In this document: piece by piece, positions 10,784 through 22,509 of the stretch
How positions within the stretch are numbered: the first letter of the stretch is position 1
How the letters are laid out: every line of letters begins with the position of its first letter
DNA from: Candidatus Dormiibacterota bacterium
Lineage (GTDB): Bacteria > Chloroflexota > Dormibacteria > Aeolococcales > Aeolococcaceae
DNA length: 64,000 nt
NCBI GenBank assembly: GCA_963718525.1
Contig: OY970355.1
Span: 64,001-128,000 of the forward strand
Reading direction: 5' to 3'
Position numbers and translations under genes: made by a program
The notes under the pieces: model-generated
The model's database searches: none
Told to the model about the DNA's origin: nothing
Seen by the model: the letters and a program-made list of their open reading frames with translations, nothing else

Positions 10784-11637
10784 GGCGGCTCCGCTTCAGC
10801 ATCGCGCTGCGCCACCCGGTGATGGGCGTTACCACGCGCAGCGGGTATCTCATCGAAGGTCCGGCGGGATGGGGCGAGTGCTCGCCGCTGCCGAGCTGGA
10901 ACGAAGCGGAGCGCGACGCGGCCGAGCGGTCGGCACTCGAAGCCGCAACGTTGCCGTTCCCCGCCGCCGTACGCCATCGCGTCGGCGTCAACGCGATGAT
11001 CCCGCGCGTCGCGCCCGACGTGGCCGCTGAGCTCGCGCTCACCTCTGGATGCGGCACCATCAAGATCAAGGTCGGGGACGGCGAGTCGGTCGACCGGGTG
11101 GCCGCGGTCCGTTCCGCATGCGGACCCGCTGTGCGCATCCGTCTCGACGGGAATGGTGCCTGGGATGTCGAGACCGCGCTCCGCATGCTGGCGCGACTCG
11201 CCGTCTATGACATCGAGCTCGCAGAGGACCCCGTCGCATCGCTCGAGGAGCTCGCGACGCTGCGCGGCCGCGCCGGCATGCCCGTGGCGGCCGAATCGTG
11301 CATCAGAACGACGGACGACGCCCGTCGTCTCAACCAGCTCGAGGCCGCGGATGCAATCGTGCTCAAGCCGCAACGCATCGGCGGGGTGCGCGAGGCACTG
11401 CGGGCGGCCGACGCCGGCGGCGTGCCGGCGATCGCGTCGAGTGCTCTCGAAACATCTGTCGGACTCGCCGCGGTTGTCGCACTCGCCGCATCACTGCCCG
11501 ACGCGCCATTTGCACACGGCGCCGGCACGGCGCTGCTGCTCGCATCCGACGTCGTCGCCGACCCGCTCATCCCCGCCGACGGCTGGCTGATACCGCGCAG
11601 ACCATCCGTGGACCAGCAGCTGCTCGTTCACGCATGA
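10780..11637 (+). CDS. menC: o-succinylbenzoate synthase
   Basis: GWGECSP, KIKVG, RLDGNGAW, EDP, SSALETSVG (enolase superfamily). Confidence 0.9.
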   Translation: MRRLRFSIALRHPVMGVTTRSGYLIEGPAGWGECSPLPSWNEAERDAAERSALEAATLPFPAAVRHRVGVNAMIPRVAPDVAAELALTSGCGTIKIKVGDGESVDRVAAVRSACGPAVRIRLDGNGAWDVETALRMLARLAVYDIELAEDPVASLEELATLRGRAGMPVAAESCIRTTDDARRLNQLEAADAIVLKPQRIGGVREALRAADAGGVPAIASSALETSVGLAAVVALAASLPDAPFAHGAGTALLLASDVVADPLIPADGWLIPRRPSVDQQLLVHA

Positions 11638-13350
11638 CCGATCCCGGCGAAGGCGACATCGCGCTCGCGTGTGTCACGACATTGCTCCACGAGCTCGTCC
11701 GGGGCGGTGTCGAACACATCTGCATGACGCCTGGATCGCGATCAACGCCGATCGCAATTGCAGCGGCTCGTCATCCCGGGATCACCCTGCACGTGCACGT
11801 CGACGAGCGGTCGTCGGCATTCTTCGGACTGGGAATCGCCGCCGCGTCGGGACGGCCGGTGGCGATGTTCTGCACGTCAGGAACCGCAGCCGCAAACCAC
11901 CTGCCCGCGGTCGTCGAAGCGAGCATGGCGCGTGTGCCGATCATCGTGATGACCGCCGACCGGCCCCCCGAGCTGCACGGTGTCGGCGCCAATCAGACCA
12001 TCGATCAGCAGAACCTGTTTGGCGGTTTCGTCAAGTGGTTCTGCGACACCGGCGTGCCTGTTGCAGGTGAATACGAACGTCATCGCTGGTCGCGAATCGG
12101 GGTCCAGGCGATCGACCAGTGCGTCCGCCTTCCTCCGCCAGGGCCGGTGCATTTGAATCTGCCCTTTCGCGAACCGCTGCTGCCGAGCGACAACGCGATT
12201 GACGTTCCCCCGGTTGATGACACGCCCGCCACGCTGAGAGACTCAGCCGCATCGCGCATGCCCGCCTTCCTCCGCGAGGTGAGCACCGGCCACAGGGTGG
12301 CGATGATCGCGGGGCGTCTGCGGGTCGCGCCGTCCGGGCTGGTCGAAGCGTGCGCCGAACGAGGCTGGCCGTTGCTCGCCGAGCCACTTTCGGGACTTCG
12401 CAACGCGGGTCGGGGCGGCGCACTCTCGGCGGGGACGTTGCTCGCCGCCGATGCGGACTTCCGGGAGCGCCACCACCCCGATCTCATCATCCAGGTCGGT
12501 GCGGCTCCAACTTCGCGCGGTGTGCAGGAGTTGGTCCGAAGCGCCGACCGGCTGCTCATCGTCGATCCGGATCAGCTGGTGGCCGATCCCGATCGTCGCT
12601 CCACGCTGACCGTCCACGACGATCCGTCCGACGTCGCGGCTGCGCTGCATGCAACCACGGCGTCACTTCCAGCAACGCGACCGCAATGGCTCGACGAGTG
12701 GCACGAGGCCGATCGAGCCGTGCGCCACGCCGTTGACGCGCTGCTCGAACTCGTGGGACGAGGCCTTCGAGGGACGGGTCGCGCGCGACGTCGCTGCTGC
12801 AATCCCGGACGGCGGGGTGCTCGTTGCGGGATCGAGCATGCCCGTTCGCGATCTCGACATGTACATGCGCCCGCGCGACGGCCTGCGAGTTCTGGCCAAT
12901 CGTGGCGCCAGCGGCATCGACGGCCTGGTGTCGACAGCGTTCGGCGTCGCCGAGGTCAGCGGCCCGACCTACGCGCTGCTCGGCGACCTGTCGATGCTCC
13001 ACGATGCATCGGGGTTGCTCTGGGGCGCGCGACGCGGCCCGGGGGCCGTGCTCGTGGTCGTCGACAACGACGGCGGAGGTATCTTCTCGATGCTCCCGCA
13101 GGCATCGCTGCCGGATGAAGAATTCGAGCTGCTGTTCGGAACGCCGCACGGGCTCGACCTCGAGGCCATCGCACGTGCCGCCGGCATCGGTGTACGCACA
13201 GTCGACCGCGCCGGCGTCGTGATCCCGGCGATTCGCGAAGCGGAGACCTCGGGTGGCGTGCAGATCGTCAGAGTTCGGGTGGATCGCCGGCGCGCGGTCG
13301 AGTTGCGCGCCGAAGTGTCGCGCGCCGTCTCGACCGCGCTCGCCCCCTGA
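11634..13350 (+). CDS. menD: SEPHCHC synthase (apparent +1 frameshift at ~12748)
   Basis: [30 protein letters not shown]; C-terminal [25 protein letters not shown] in shifted frame. Confidence 0.93.
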
Positions 13351-13357
13351 GCGGCGC

Positions 13358-14542
13358 TCAGTCCTGGGCCGGCTCCACTCCGAGGGCACGAAGTCCGACC
13401 CCGAACTTCGCCTCTGTCTCGAGCTCCTCCGAAGCGGGCTCCGATCCCGCCACGATCCCGGCGCCGGCGTGGAGCCGCGCGGTCGACCCTGAGACCTCGG
13501 CACAGCGGAGCGTCAACGCCCACTCCCCGTCGCCCTGGGCGTCGACCCACCCCACGAGCCCGGCAAAGAAACGGCGGTCGAAGGTCTCGAGGCGGGAGAT
13601 CAGCGCTGCGGCGGACGCCTGCGGCGTCCCGCAGACCGCGGGGGTGGGATGGAGTGCCGCGGCGATGGTCAGGGCGTCAGGAGCGTCGGGTTTGAGCGTT
13701 CCCTTGATGGCGGTGTGGAGGTGCCAGAGGGTCGCCGTCGAGGTCAAGCCTGCCTCCCCATCGACGGCGAGGTTCGAGCAGAACGGCGCCAGCGCATCTG
13801 CCACCGCCTCGGCCACCAGGCGGTGCTCGCGCTGCTCCTTGACGGCGTTGAGCAGGTGGCCTGCAATCTCACGGTCCCGCGTCCGATCCAGGGATCGCCG
13901 CGCCGTGCCCGCCAGCGGATCGCTGAACACCTTTCGTCCCTTTCGCCGGACGACGAACTCGGGCGAGGCGCCCACCAGGTGCGAGGCGCCTCCGGGAAGT
14001 GCCACGAGGAACACGAACGCTCCGGGCTCTTCGGAGTTGAAGCGCCGTGCGACCAGGCGAGGAGCGATCGGTTCGTCGGCTTCGACGAGCAGGGTTCGCG
14101 CCAGGACCACCTTTTCGACTTCCCCCGCGGCGATCGCCTCGAGCGCGAGCTCGACCGCGGCCTCGTATTCGACGGGGAGCGGTTCGGGCACCAGCGCGGT
14201 GACCGTCCATCCGGGAGGCGGCACACCCTCGCCGCGCGCGGGCACGCCACGGACCACTCGCTCGGGGACGTGCAGCATCGCGTCGCAGCTGCCTGCATAC
14301 GGCAGCGCCCCCAAAGCGATCCCGAGCCCGTGGCTCTCGCCAAGCGCGTCCTGAGTCAGCGCTGCGGCGCGACCCACGTGGTCGGGGCCGGCGCTCACGT
14401 GGATGCCGCGAGACTCACCCGCGGCGGCGAGACCGTACGTTCCGTGCTGGAGCACCACACCCGACCCGTCTCGGTACCACTCGAAAAGGTCGCCGGCGGC
14501 TGCCGTGGCGGGGAGACCCGGCGCAGGGCGGACGGCGCTCAC
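13358..14542 (-). CDS. menF: Isochorismate synthase
   Basis: KVVLAR, GASPE, PLAGT, KEQREH, LHPTPAVCG, AGAGIVAGS. Confidence 0.92.
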   Translation of the reverse strand: MSAVRPAPGLPATAAAGDLFEWYRDGSGVVLQHGTYGLAAAGESRGIHVSAGPDHVGRAAALTQDALGESHGLGIALGALPYAGSCDAMLHVPERVVRGVPARGEGVPPPGWTVTALVPEPLPVEYEAAVELALEAIAAGEVEKVVLARTLLVEADEPIAPRLVARRFNSEEPGAFVFLVALPGGASHLVGASPEFVVRRKGRKVFSDPLAGTARRSLDRTRDREIAGHLLNAVKEQREHRLVAEAVADALAPFCSNLAVDGEAGLTSTATLWHLHTAIKGTLKPDAPDALTIAAALHPTPAVCGTPQASAAALISRLETFDRRFFAGLVGWVDAQGDGEWALTLRCAEVSGSTARLHAGAGIVAGSEPASEELETEAKFGVGLRALGVEPAQD

Positions 14543-15228
14543 CGTCTGACCCCGATCAGCAGTTGCGCGGCACCCATCCCCAACTGCACCCGCCGGACAC
14601 GAGTGAAGCCGGCATCCGTGAGCAGCCGCACGAGCTCGTGGGGCGGCGGGAGATACGCGGTCGATGCCGGCAGGTATTCGTAGGCGCGACGGTCGGAGAG
14701 CAGCCCACCCACTCTCGGGACGATCCGGCGGAAGTAGAGTGAGTGCATCCGGCGCACAAGGGGGTTCGGCGGCTCCGACACCTCGAGGAAGACGGCGCGC
14801 CCGCCCGACCGGATCACACGCCCGGCCTCGCGAAAGCACTCGGCGATGTCCACGACATTGCGGAGGGCGAAGCCGCTGATCGCTCCGTCCACCGCACCGT
14901 CGCGCAGCGGCAGCCGCAGGGCGTCCGCACGGAGCAGCGGCGCCGAGGTGTGCGCCTTCGCGAGCATGCCCGCGGCCATGTCGACTCCGACGGCACGCAG
15001 CCCGAACCGGCCGGCGAGCCTGCACAGATCCCCGGTCCCGCACCCGAGGTCGACGACGCGAGCTCCGGGTTCCAGGAGGAGCTCGCGCACCGCCCGACGG
15101 CGCCAGCCCGCATCGAGCCCGAGGGTCATGACACGGTTCACCAGCTCGTAGCGAGGCGCGATGCGGTCGAACATCTCCTCGACGGCTCGCGCCTTCCGCT
15201 CGCCGATGGGAAGTTCGGCCGCGGTCAC
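14539..15228 (-). CDS. menG: Demethylmenaquinone methyltransferase
   Basis: MFDRIAPRYELVNRVMTLG, DLGCGTGD, FALRNV, AYEYLPAS. Confidence 0.92.
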   Translation of the reverse strand: MTAAELPIGERKARAVEEMFDRIAPRYELVNRVMTLGLDAGWRRRAVRELLLEPGARVVDLGCGTGDLCRLAGRFGLRAVGVDMAAGMLAKAHTSAPLLRADALRLPLRDGAVDGAISGFALRNVVDIAECFREAGRVIRSGGRAVFLEVSEPPNPLVRRMHSLYFRRIVPRVGGLLSDRRAYEYLPASTAYLPPPHELVRLLTDAGFTRVRRVQLGMGAAQLLIGVRR

Positions 15229-15337
15229 GAATCCACTCTAACAAGCGCTCCCCACACGGCGAGCCCGATGGGCCCACGGTTCGGCACGGTACGGAGTCGT
15301 TCGCCGCCGACGCGGACTTCGTCTACCCTGGCACCCA

Positions 15338-16111
<774 letters not shown>

Positions 16112-16133
16112 CACCATCCTCCGGCGCTGACCG

Positions 16134-18672
16134 ATGCTCGGCATCAGCCTGCGAAGCCTGCTCTCCCACAAGCTCCGGCTCGCGCTCACCACGATTGCGG
16201 TCATCCTCGGCGTCTCATTCGTCGCAGGCACGTTCATCCTCACCGACACGATCAACGCAACCTTCACGAGCATCTTCGCGACCGCGAATGCCGGTGTTGC
16301 GGTGACGGTGCACGGGCGCCCGATCGCGGGGCAGTCAGGCGGCATCGGCGGCGGTCAGAACCATCCAGTCCCCACCTCGCTGCTCGCTACGGTGCGATCG
16401 GTTCCCGGAGTCCAGAACGCCGTCGGCAGCCTCTTTCGCGAAGGTGCGACGCTGATCGGGCACGACGGCAAGCCGATCGGCGGCAACGGGCCGCCGACAT
16501 TCGGCGCCAGTTGGATCACCGACAGTGCCATCTCCCCGTATCACCTGCGCAGCGGCACGGCCCCGACGCAGGCGACTGACGTCGTCGTCGATGCCGGCAC
16601 CGCGGCCCAGAACGGGCTTGCGGTGGGGCAGTCGCTGCCGATCGTGTTCCTCGGAGGAGTCGAGGAGCACTTCACGATCACCGGCATCGCCGGGTACGGA
16701 TCGTCAGACAACCTTGCCGGGGCAACGATCGCGCTGTTCACCGAATCCACCGCGCAGCGAGTGCTGGAGGGTCAGAACAAGTACGACAGCATCCTGGTCA
16801 GCGCGCAGAGCGGAGTCACGGACGTCGTGCTCAGAGAGCACATCGCGGCGGCGCTGCCCAGCTATGCGGTGGCGGAGACCGGGCAGCAGGCGGCCGCGGC
16901 CGCGGAGCAGAGCACCGAGTTCGACCATCAGCACGTTCATCGGCACGCCACTCCTCGTCTTTGCCTTCATCTCGTTGTTCGTGGGCAGCTTTCTCATCAT
17001 CAACACCTTCAACATTCTCGTCGCGCAGCGCACCCGCGAACTGGCGCTCCTGCGCGCGCTCGGTGCCACGCGAGCCCAGGTGATGACGTCCGTGCTGGTC
17101 GAGGCGGCGGTGACCGGGTTGGTGGCATCGATCCTCGGCTTCGTTGTCGGCATCCTGATTGCGCGAGCTCTGCTGTCGGTCTTCGGCTCGGCCTCGACGG
17201 GCGCAGTGACGTTGCTGCCGCGCACCTTCATCATCGCGGTGCTCGTCGGCACGATCGTCACCGTCATCGCCGCAAGCCTGCCGGCGCGACGAGCGACGCG
17301 CATCGCGCCGGTCGCCGCGCTCGCGGAAGCGCTCCCTGAGACCCAGCCGCTGCCGCGACGCCGGATCGCGGTTGGTCTGGTGATCTTCGTCATCGGGTGC
17401 GCCGCCCTGGTGATCGGACTCTTCACGTCCGCCGGATCCAAGCTGCAGCTCATCGGCGCCGGCTTCCTCGGGGTCTTCCTCGGAGTTGCGCTGCTCGCTC
17501 CGTTGCTGGTCGTGCCGGTCGCGACGGTGCTCGGTTGGCCGGTGGCCCGCATTCGCGGAGCACCCGGGATCCTGGCCGGGCAGAACGCGAGGCGCAATCC
17601 GCGCCGCACGGCGCTCACCGCCGCCGCATTGATGATCGGGCTCGCGCTGGTGACCTGTGTCGCCGTGCTCACCAACTCGGTGCGCGTCTCCACCAACGAT
17701 GCGATCGAAGGCGCATTTCGCGCGGACTTCATCGTGTTCACGCAGGGCCCGGACTTCAATACCCAGGCGGCGCAGGCCCTGCAACAGGACCCCCGCCTCC
17801 GCGATGTCACCGAGGTGCGCGGCACATCGGTGATCATCAAGGGAAGTTCGCAGGGTATCGCCGCCATCGACCCCGCCAACCTCGGCAGCGTCCTCACCCT
17901 GAGCATGGTGTCGGGAGCGGCGTCCTCGATCGCCTCGACGAACACGGCGATCGTCGACTCCACGGAGGCGGTCGCCTCCGGTGTGCACATCGGTCAGCTC
18001 GTGACCTTCAACTTCCCGCAGGGCGCAAACGTCCCCGTCCGTATCGGAGGCATCTATACCGCCAACGCACTGGTGAGCGGGTACGTGGTCTCGCTCGCGA
18101 CGATGGCGCCGAACGTGCCGACGGCGCGTGACTCCATCGTGCTCGCCAACGCCGCAAACGGGGTGTCATCGAGTCAGGCGGAACGGGCGCTCCACCAGGA
18201 TGTGCACGCGTTTCCGCTGTTGATGGCGATGAGTCGCGCGCAGTACCGTACGTTCGTGGGCGCGTCGCTGGACAGCTTCCTCAATCTCATCTACACGCTC
18301 CTGGCATTCGCGATCATCATCGCCGTCCTGGGCATTGCAAACACGCTGATCCTCAGTGTTCTCGAGCGCACTCGCGAGATCGGCCTGTTGCGGGCGCTCG
18401 GGATGACACGCTCACAGACGCGGTCGATGGTCCGCTGGGAGTCGGTCATCATCTCGCTCCTCGGAGCCGCGCTGGGCCTGGCCGTCGGGCTGGGCCTCGG
18501 CGTCGCCGTGAGCGGGTCGTTGGGCGCGCTTGGGATCACCGAGATCGCGGTCCCCGGCGAGAACCTGATCGTCTACGCGATCATCGCGGGAGTGTTCGGT
18601 GTCGTTGCCGCCATCTTCCCGACGATTCGCGCATCACGCGTCGACATCCTTCGCGCAATCACGACCGAGTAG
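16134..18672 (+). CDS. FtsX-like ABC permease (apparent +1 frameshift at ~16920)
   Basis: INTFNILVAQRTRELALLRALGA and ERTREIGLLRALG FtsX domains; N- and C-terminal halves in different frames. Confidence 0.9.
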
Positions 18673-18679
18673 GCCTTCG

Positions 18680-19777
18680 TCAGCGCGTTCGCTGCCGCGC
18701 CGCTGCGCGTTCCCAGCGCTGCTCGATGCGCCCGAATCGCCATATGGCGAGCGCCCCTGCCCAGGTGATCACGAACAGCCCGACGATGATGAAGCCGGCC
18801 TCGTTGATGTTGAAGCTCGACATGAAGGCCCAGAACCCACCGGAGAGGTTGAGCTGAGCCGCGAGCAGTCCAAAGATCTCGATGGTGCCGATCAACATCG
18901 CGACCGCAACCGAAAGACCCGTGATCGTGATGTTGTAGTAGACCTTGCGCACCGGCCTCGAAAATGCCCACCCGTAGGCGAAGTTCATGAAGGAGCCGTC
19001 GAGCGTGTCGAGGGTGGCCATGCCGGCTGCGAAGAGGATCGGCAAACTCAGCACCGCGTACCAGGGAAGTCCGGCGGTCGCGGCGCCGGCCGTGGCAGCC
19101 AGGAGCGCCACCTCGGTGGCGGTGTCGAAGCCAAGCCCGAAGAGCACACCAACCGGGTACATCTGCCATGGCTTGCGGATCGAGCGCATCAGCTTGCCGA
19201 AGAACCGTGTCATCAGCCCGCGCGCGTTCAGCTGCTGTTCGAGTTCCTCGTCGTTGTACCGACCGCGGCGCATCTCGAGGAAGACCTTCACGATCCCGAC
19301 CAGGATCACCAGGTTGAGGAATGCGATCAGGTACAGGAAGATGCCCGACACCAGGGTTCCGATGATCCCCCCGAAGGTCGCGACGGTCGAATTCGGGCTG
19401 CTGAGCTGACCGATGATGGCCCGGGCGGCGAACGTCAGCCCGATCCCGAGGCCGAACACCACTGAGGAGTGGCCGAGGGAGAACCAGAACCCGACGGAGA
19501 GGGGACGCTTGCCCTCGGACATGAGCTTGCGGGTCGTGTTGTCGATCGCCGAGATGTGATCCGCGTCAAACGCGTGGCGGAGGCCGAGGGTGTATGCCGT
19601 CACGGCGACCCCGATGCCGAGGAATTTCGAGTGCTCGGGGAGGATGGCGATGATGAACACGCCCCATCCGACGACGTAGAGGCCGATGATGAAACCAGCC
19701 ATGCCGCCCACCCGAGCCCACTCCCGGGGGGTTAGCGCACCGCGGATCCGGGCCAGGCGAGACGCCGTCGCGGCCAT
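18680..19777 (-). CDS. HoxN/HupN/NixA nickel/cobalt transporter (NiCoT)
   Basis: LGLRHAFDADHISAIDN, FSLGHSSVV, GLGFDTATE. Confidence 0.95.
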   Translation of the reverse strand: MAATASRLARIRGALTPREWARVGGMAGFIIGLYVVGWGVFIIAILPEHSKFLGIGVAVTAYTLGLRHAFDADHISAIDNTTRKLMSEGKRPLSVGFWFSLGHSSVVFGLGIGLTFAARAIIGQLSSPNSTVATFGGIIGTLVSGIFLYLIAFLNLVILVGIVKVFLEMRRGRYNDEELEQQLNARGLMTRFFGKLMRSIRKPWQMYPVGVLFGLGFDTATEVALLAATAGAATAGLPWYAVLSLPILFAAGMATLDTLDGSFMNFAYGWAFSRPVRKVYYNITITGLSVAVAMLIGTIEIFGLLAAQLNLSGGFWAFMSSFNINEAGFIIVGLFVITWAGALAIWRFGRIEQRWERAAARQRTR

Positions 19778-19906
19778 GGGCTTCCTCCTCAGGGTCCTTC
19801 CACGTCAGCCGCTTCAGGATATCAAAACGCGACCAGCATGCAACAGCGAACAGCAGCCAGGTGCGTTGTCCAGGCGATGGTGCGCGGCGGCAGCTATTCT
19901 TGGAAC

Positions 19907-20362
19907 ATGAGCAGCACCGTCGATGAACTGGTCGCCCAGCTCAGGGATGGCGGTTCGCGTGTCACGACCGCCCGGCGCCTGGTCCTCACCGCGCTGGTGA
20001 GCGGGGCGCACCATCCGACCGCCGAGGAGTTGCTGGTCGAGGTGCGGACCCTCGCGCCCGACGTCCACGCCTCGACGGTCTATCGAAACCTCGAGGAGCT
20101 CGAGCGGCTCGGGGTCGTGGTGCACACCCATCTCGGCCACGGGCCGGCGACCTATCACCTGGCGACCGAGGCACATGGACACCTCGTCTGTGAGATGTGC
20201 GGAGCCACCCTCGAGGCGCCCGAGGACCTGTTCGAGGCGATGGCTCAGGGCGCAAAGCGCCGCCTCGGGTTCGAGCTCCGCCCGTACCACTTCGCGGTGC
20301 TCGGCGTCTGTGCCGAGTGCGCTGCAAGTGCCCGGGAGGCAAAGGCTCCGTCAGTGGGCTGA
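19907..20362 (+). CDS. Fur family transcriptional regulator
   Basis: HPTAEE, STVYRNL, HGHLVCEMC, GVCAEC. Confidence 0.93.
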   Translation: MSSTVDELVAQLRDGGSRVTTARRLVLTALVSGAHHPTAEELLVEVRTLAPDVHASTVYRNLEELERLGVVVHTHLGHGPATYHLATEAHGHLVCEMCGATLEAPEDLFEAMAQGAKRRLGFELRPYHFAVLGVCAECAASAREAKAPSVG

Positions 20363-21289
20363 CCGCTCCCCACCCGGCACGAGGCGCTCGACTCTCAGGT
20401 ACTCCGCCGGCGCGTGGTCAACCTGAAGGGTCGTGTGCTCGACGTGGAAGCGCTCCTCCAGAAAGCGCTCCAGCTCGAGACGGATCGCATGGCAATCGTC
20501 GTTGGGATGCACCAGCACGTGGGCGGAGAGCGACGGGAAGCCCGAGGTGAGCTCCCAGACATGCAGGTCGTGGACGTTGACCACGTGCGGGTGTGCGGCG
20601 AGTGCGCCACCGATCACCTCCGGGTCCAGGTCGGCCGGCGACGCCTCGAGGAGGACCCGGCCCGCCTTGCCGAGCAGCCGGACGCCGGCGTACACCATGA
20701 GCCCGGCAACCACCACGGAGGCGATCGCGTCTGCGCGTTCGAAGCCAGTCGTGACGATCACGACGCCGGCGATGAGCGTCCCGATGAGCGCATAGAGATC
20801 GGTGAGGATGTGCCGAAAGCTCGCCTCGATGTTGAGGCTGCGCCGATCTGCGTGCGAGAGCTGTCGGGTGACCGCGAGGTTGACCGCGATACCGGCGAGT
20901 GCGATGACGATGACGGCGCCGCCCTCGACGGGCAGTGGCGCCGCCAGGCGGAGCACGGCCTCGAACACGAGGACCGCCGCGAGCACCAGGAGCGTCGCAC
21001 CGCTGATCAATGCACCGAGCACCTCGGCTCGCTTGAGACCGAAGGTGAGGCCACCCTTCGGCGGCCGTTGGGCGAGGCGCAGCGCGACCAGCGAGACGCC
21101 GAGCGCCGCAACGTCGGTGAGCATGTGCGCAGCGTCGGAAAGGAGGGCAAGAGACCGGGCGACGACCGCGACCGCGACCTCGAGTGCGATGAAGACCCCG
21201 ATCAGGCAGAGCGCGGCGACCAGCGGCCACTCATCGCCGCGCGGAGCGGCCTCCGGATGGGCCGGGTCAGGCCCGTGATCGTGCATCAC
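20351..21289 (-). CDS. Cation diffusion facilitator (CzcD/ZitB-like)
   Basis: SLALLSDAAHMLTD, HILTD, HDLHVW, HTTLQ. Confidence 0.93.
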   Translation of the reverse strand: MMHDHGPDPAHPEAAPRGDEWPLVAALCLIGVFIALEVAVAVVARSLALLSDAAHMLTDVAALGVSLVALRLAQRPPKGGLTFGLKRAEVLGALISGATLLVLAAVLVFEAVLRLAAPLPVEGGAVIVIALAGIAVNLAVTRQLSHADRRSLNIEASFRHILTDLYALIGTLIAGVVIVTTGFERADAIASVVVAGLMVYAGVRLLGKAGRVLLEASPADLDPEVIGGALAAHPHVVNVHDLHVWELTSGFPSLSAHVLVHPNDDCHAIRLELERFLEERFHVEHTTLQVDHAPAEYLRVERLVPGGERSAH

Positions 21290-21295
21290 CTCACC

Positions 21296-22126
21296 CTACT
21301 CCGCAGTTCGGGGAGCCACGGCCCACCACACGGTGACGACGGGTTCGATCGGCGGCTTCACGGACCAGAACGCGCCGTCGTGCACCAGGCGTTCGCCGAG
21401 CGCGTCGGCGACCTCTGCATCCTGCGCAGCGTTGAGGCAGAGGCGGCGGCGAATCCACGCAACCGCATCCTCGCGTCGCTCGAAGCCTCCGGGTCGTCGC
21501 GATGAGACCTCGGCGTGCCTGCGCGCCGGCAGTCCGATGTGTCGGAGCACGGCGACAACGTCATTGGCGTCCGGACGATTCGGGCGCGGCAGTGCATGAA
21601 ATCGCCACCACAGATCCGCCATCCACGCGGTCGGGTGCCGGCTGGTGATCTCCATGACAACGCGCCTGCGTGCATGGGTCGACAGCGCCAGGGCAAACGG
21701 AGCAAGGTCGGCGACGTTGTACGCGACGTGATTGCAGACCACGACGTCGGCCTCCGGCGCGCGTTCCGCCACGGCCGGCCACTCGCCTTCGATGGTCCGA
21801 GCCGTGACCCCGCGACGGCGCGCCTGAAGCGTGAATTCGGCGAGCATTGCAGCGGACGAGTCGACGCCGGTCACCAGCGCGCATCGCGGCCCGAGTGGCA
21901 GCGATGCCGATCCTGCGCCAACGCCGACATCGAGGATGGTGCCTCCAGCCGGCAGCGCATCAAGCGCTCGACGATTGGAGTAGGAAAGGTCTCCGGACGT
22001 CGCCAGCTCGGCTCGCGAACGGAAGAGTGCCGTGGGGAATCCCCATGGTGACTCTGGGGCGGCGGTGAGGATGGCGTCGGGCAACGCCCACTCGCGCATC
22101 GCTGTTCGCCATCCTTCTGCGTCCAC
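21296..22126 (-). CDS. Class I SAM-dependent methyltransferase
   Basis: ILDVGVGAGSAS, GVDSSAAML, DVVVCNHVAY; start uncertain. Confidence 0.85.
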   Translation of the reverse strand: MDAEGWRTAMREWALPDAILTAAPESPWGFPTALFRSRAELATSGDLSYSNRRALDALPAGGTILDVGVGAGSASLPLGPRCALVTGVDSSAAMLAEFTLQARRRGVTARTIEGEWPAVAERAPEADVVVCNHVAYNVADLAPFALALSTHARRRVVMEITSRHPTAWMADLWWRFHALPRPNRPDANDVVAVLRHIGLPARRHAEVSSRRPGGFERREDAVAWIRRRLCLNAAQDAEVADALGERLVHDGAFWSVKPPIEPVVTVWWAVAPRTAE

Positions 22127-22206
22127 ATATCGATGATGAGCGAAGGCCCCTTGCGACGCCAGCCGCAGCGGCAACCTCAATCGAGAGACGCCGGAGTGTC
22201 CTTTGG

Positions 22207-22509
22207 TCAGAGGGCGTGCACCGCGGCTGCCGTGGCGCATGCGGCAATCACGACAACCAAGAAGGGCGCACGAATCGACACCAGGATCACCGCCACTGCC
22301 AGTCCGGCCGCACGCGAATCCAGCACCAGATGGTTGCCGGTGGCGAACACCGCGACGGCGATCAGCGCGCTCAGCAAGGTGACGGGGAGAGCTTCAAGAG
22401 TCCGCTGCGCCGGCTTCGTCTCCAATAGACGCGTTGGCACGACGAATCCCGCGAGCTTCAGCGCTGCGCACCCCGCCGACGCGATGAGCACTGCGAGCCA
22501 GAGCTTCAT
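22207..22509 (-). CDS. azlD: AzlD family branched-chain amino acid transport protein
   Basis: Small hydrophobic ORF (LPVTLLSAL...DSRAAG) overlapping the azlC stop. Confidence 0.8.
   Translation of the reverse strand: MKLWLAVLIASAGCAALKLAGFVVPTRLLETKPAQRTLEALPVTLLSALIAVAVFATGNHLVLDSRAAGLAVAVILVSIRAPFLVVVIAACATAAAVHAL

Noticed and set aside
9062-13350. menB and menD as true pseudogenes or programmed frameshifts
   Set aside because: Otherwise intact genes; no slippery sequence; the same motif-linked insertion occurs in unrelated genes, favouring sequencing error
13358-15277. 639-aa menF ORF and other long N-terminal extensions (recQ, menA, menD, 45603 ORF)
   Set aside because: Extensions overlap real upstream genes and are high-GC open-frame artefacts
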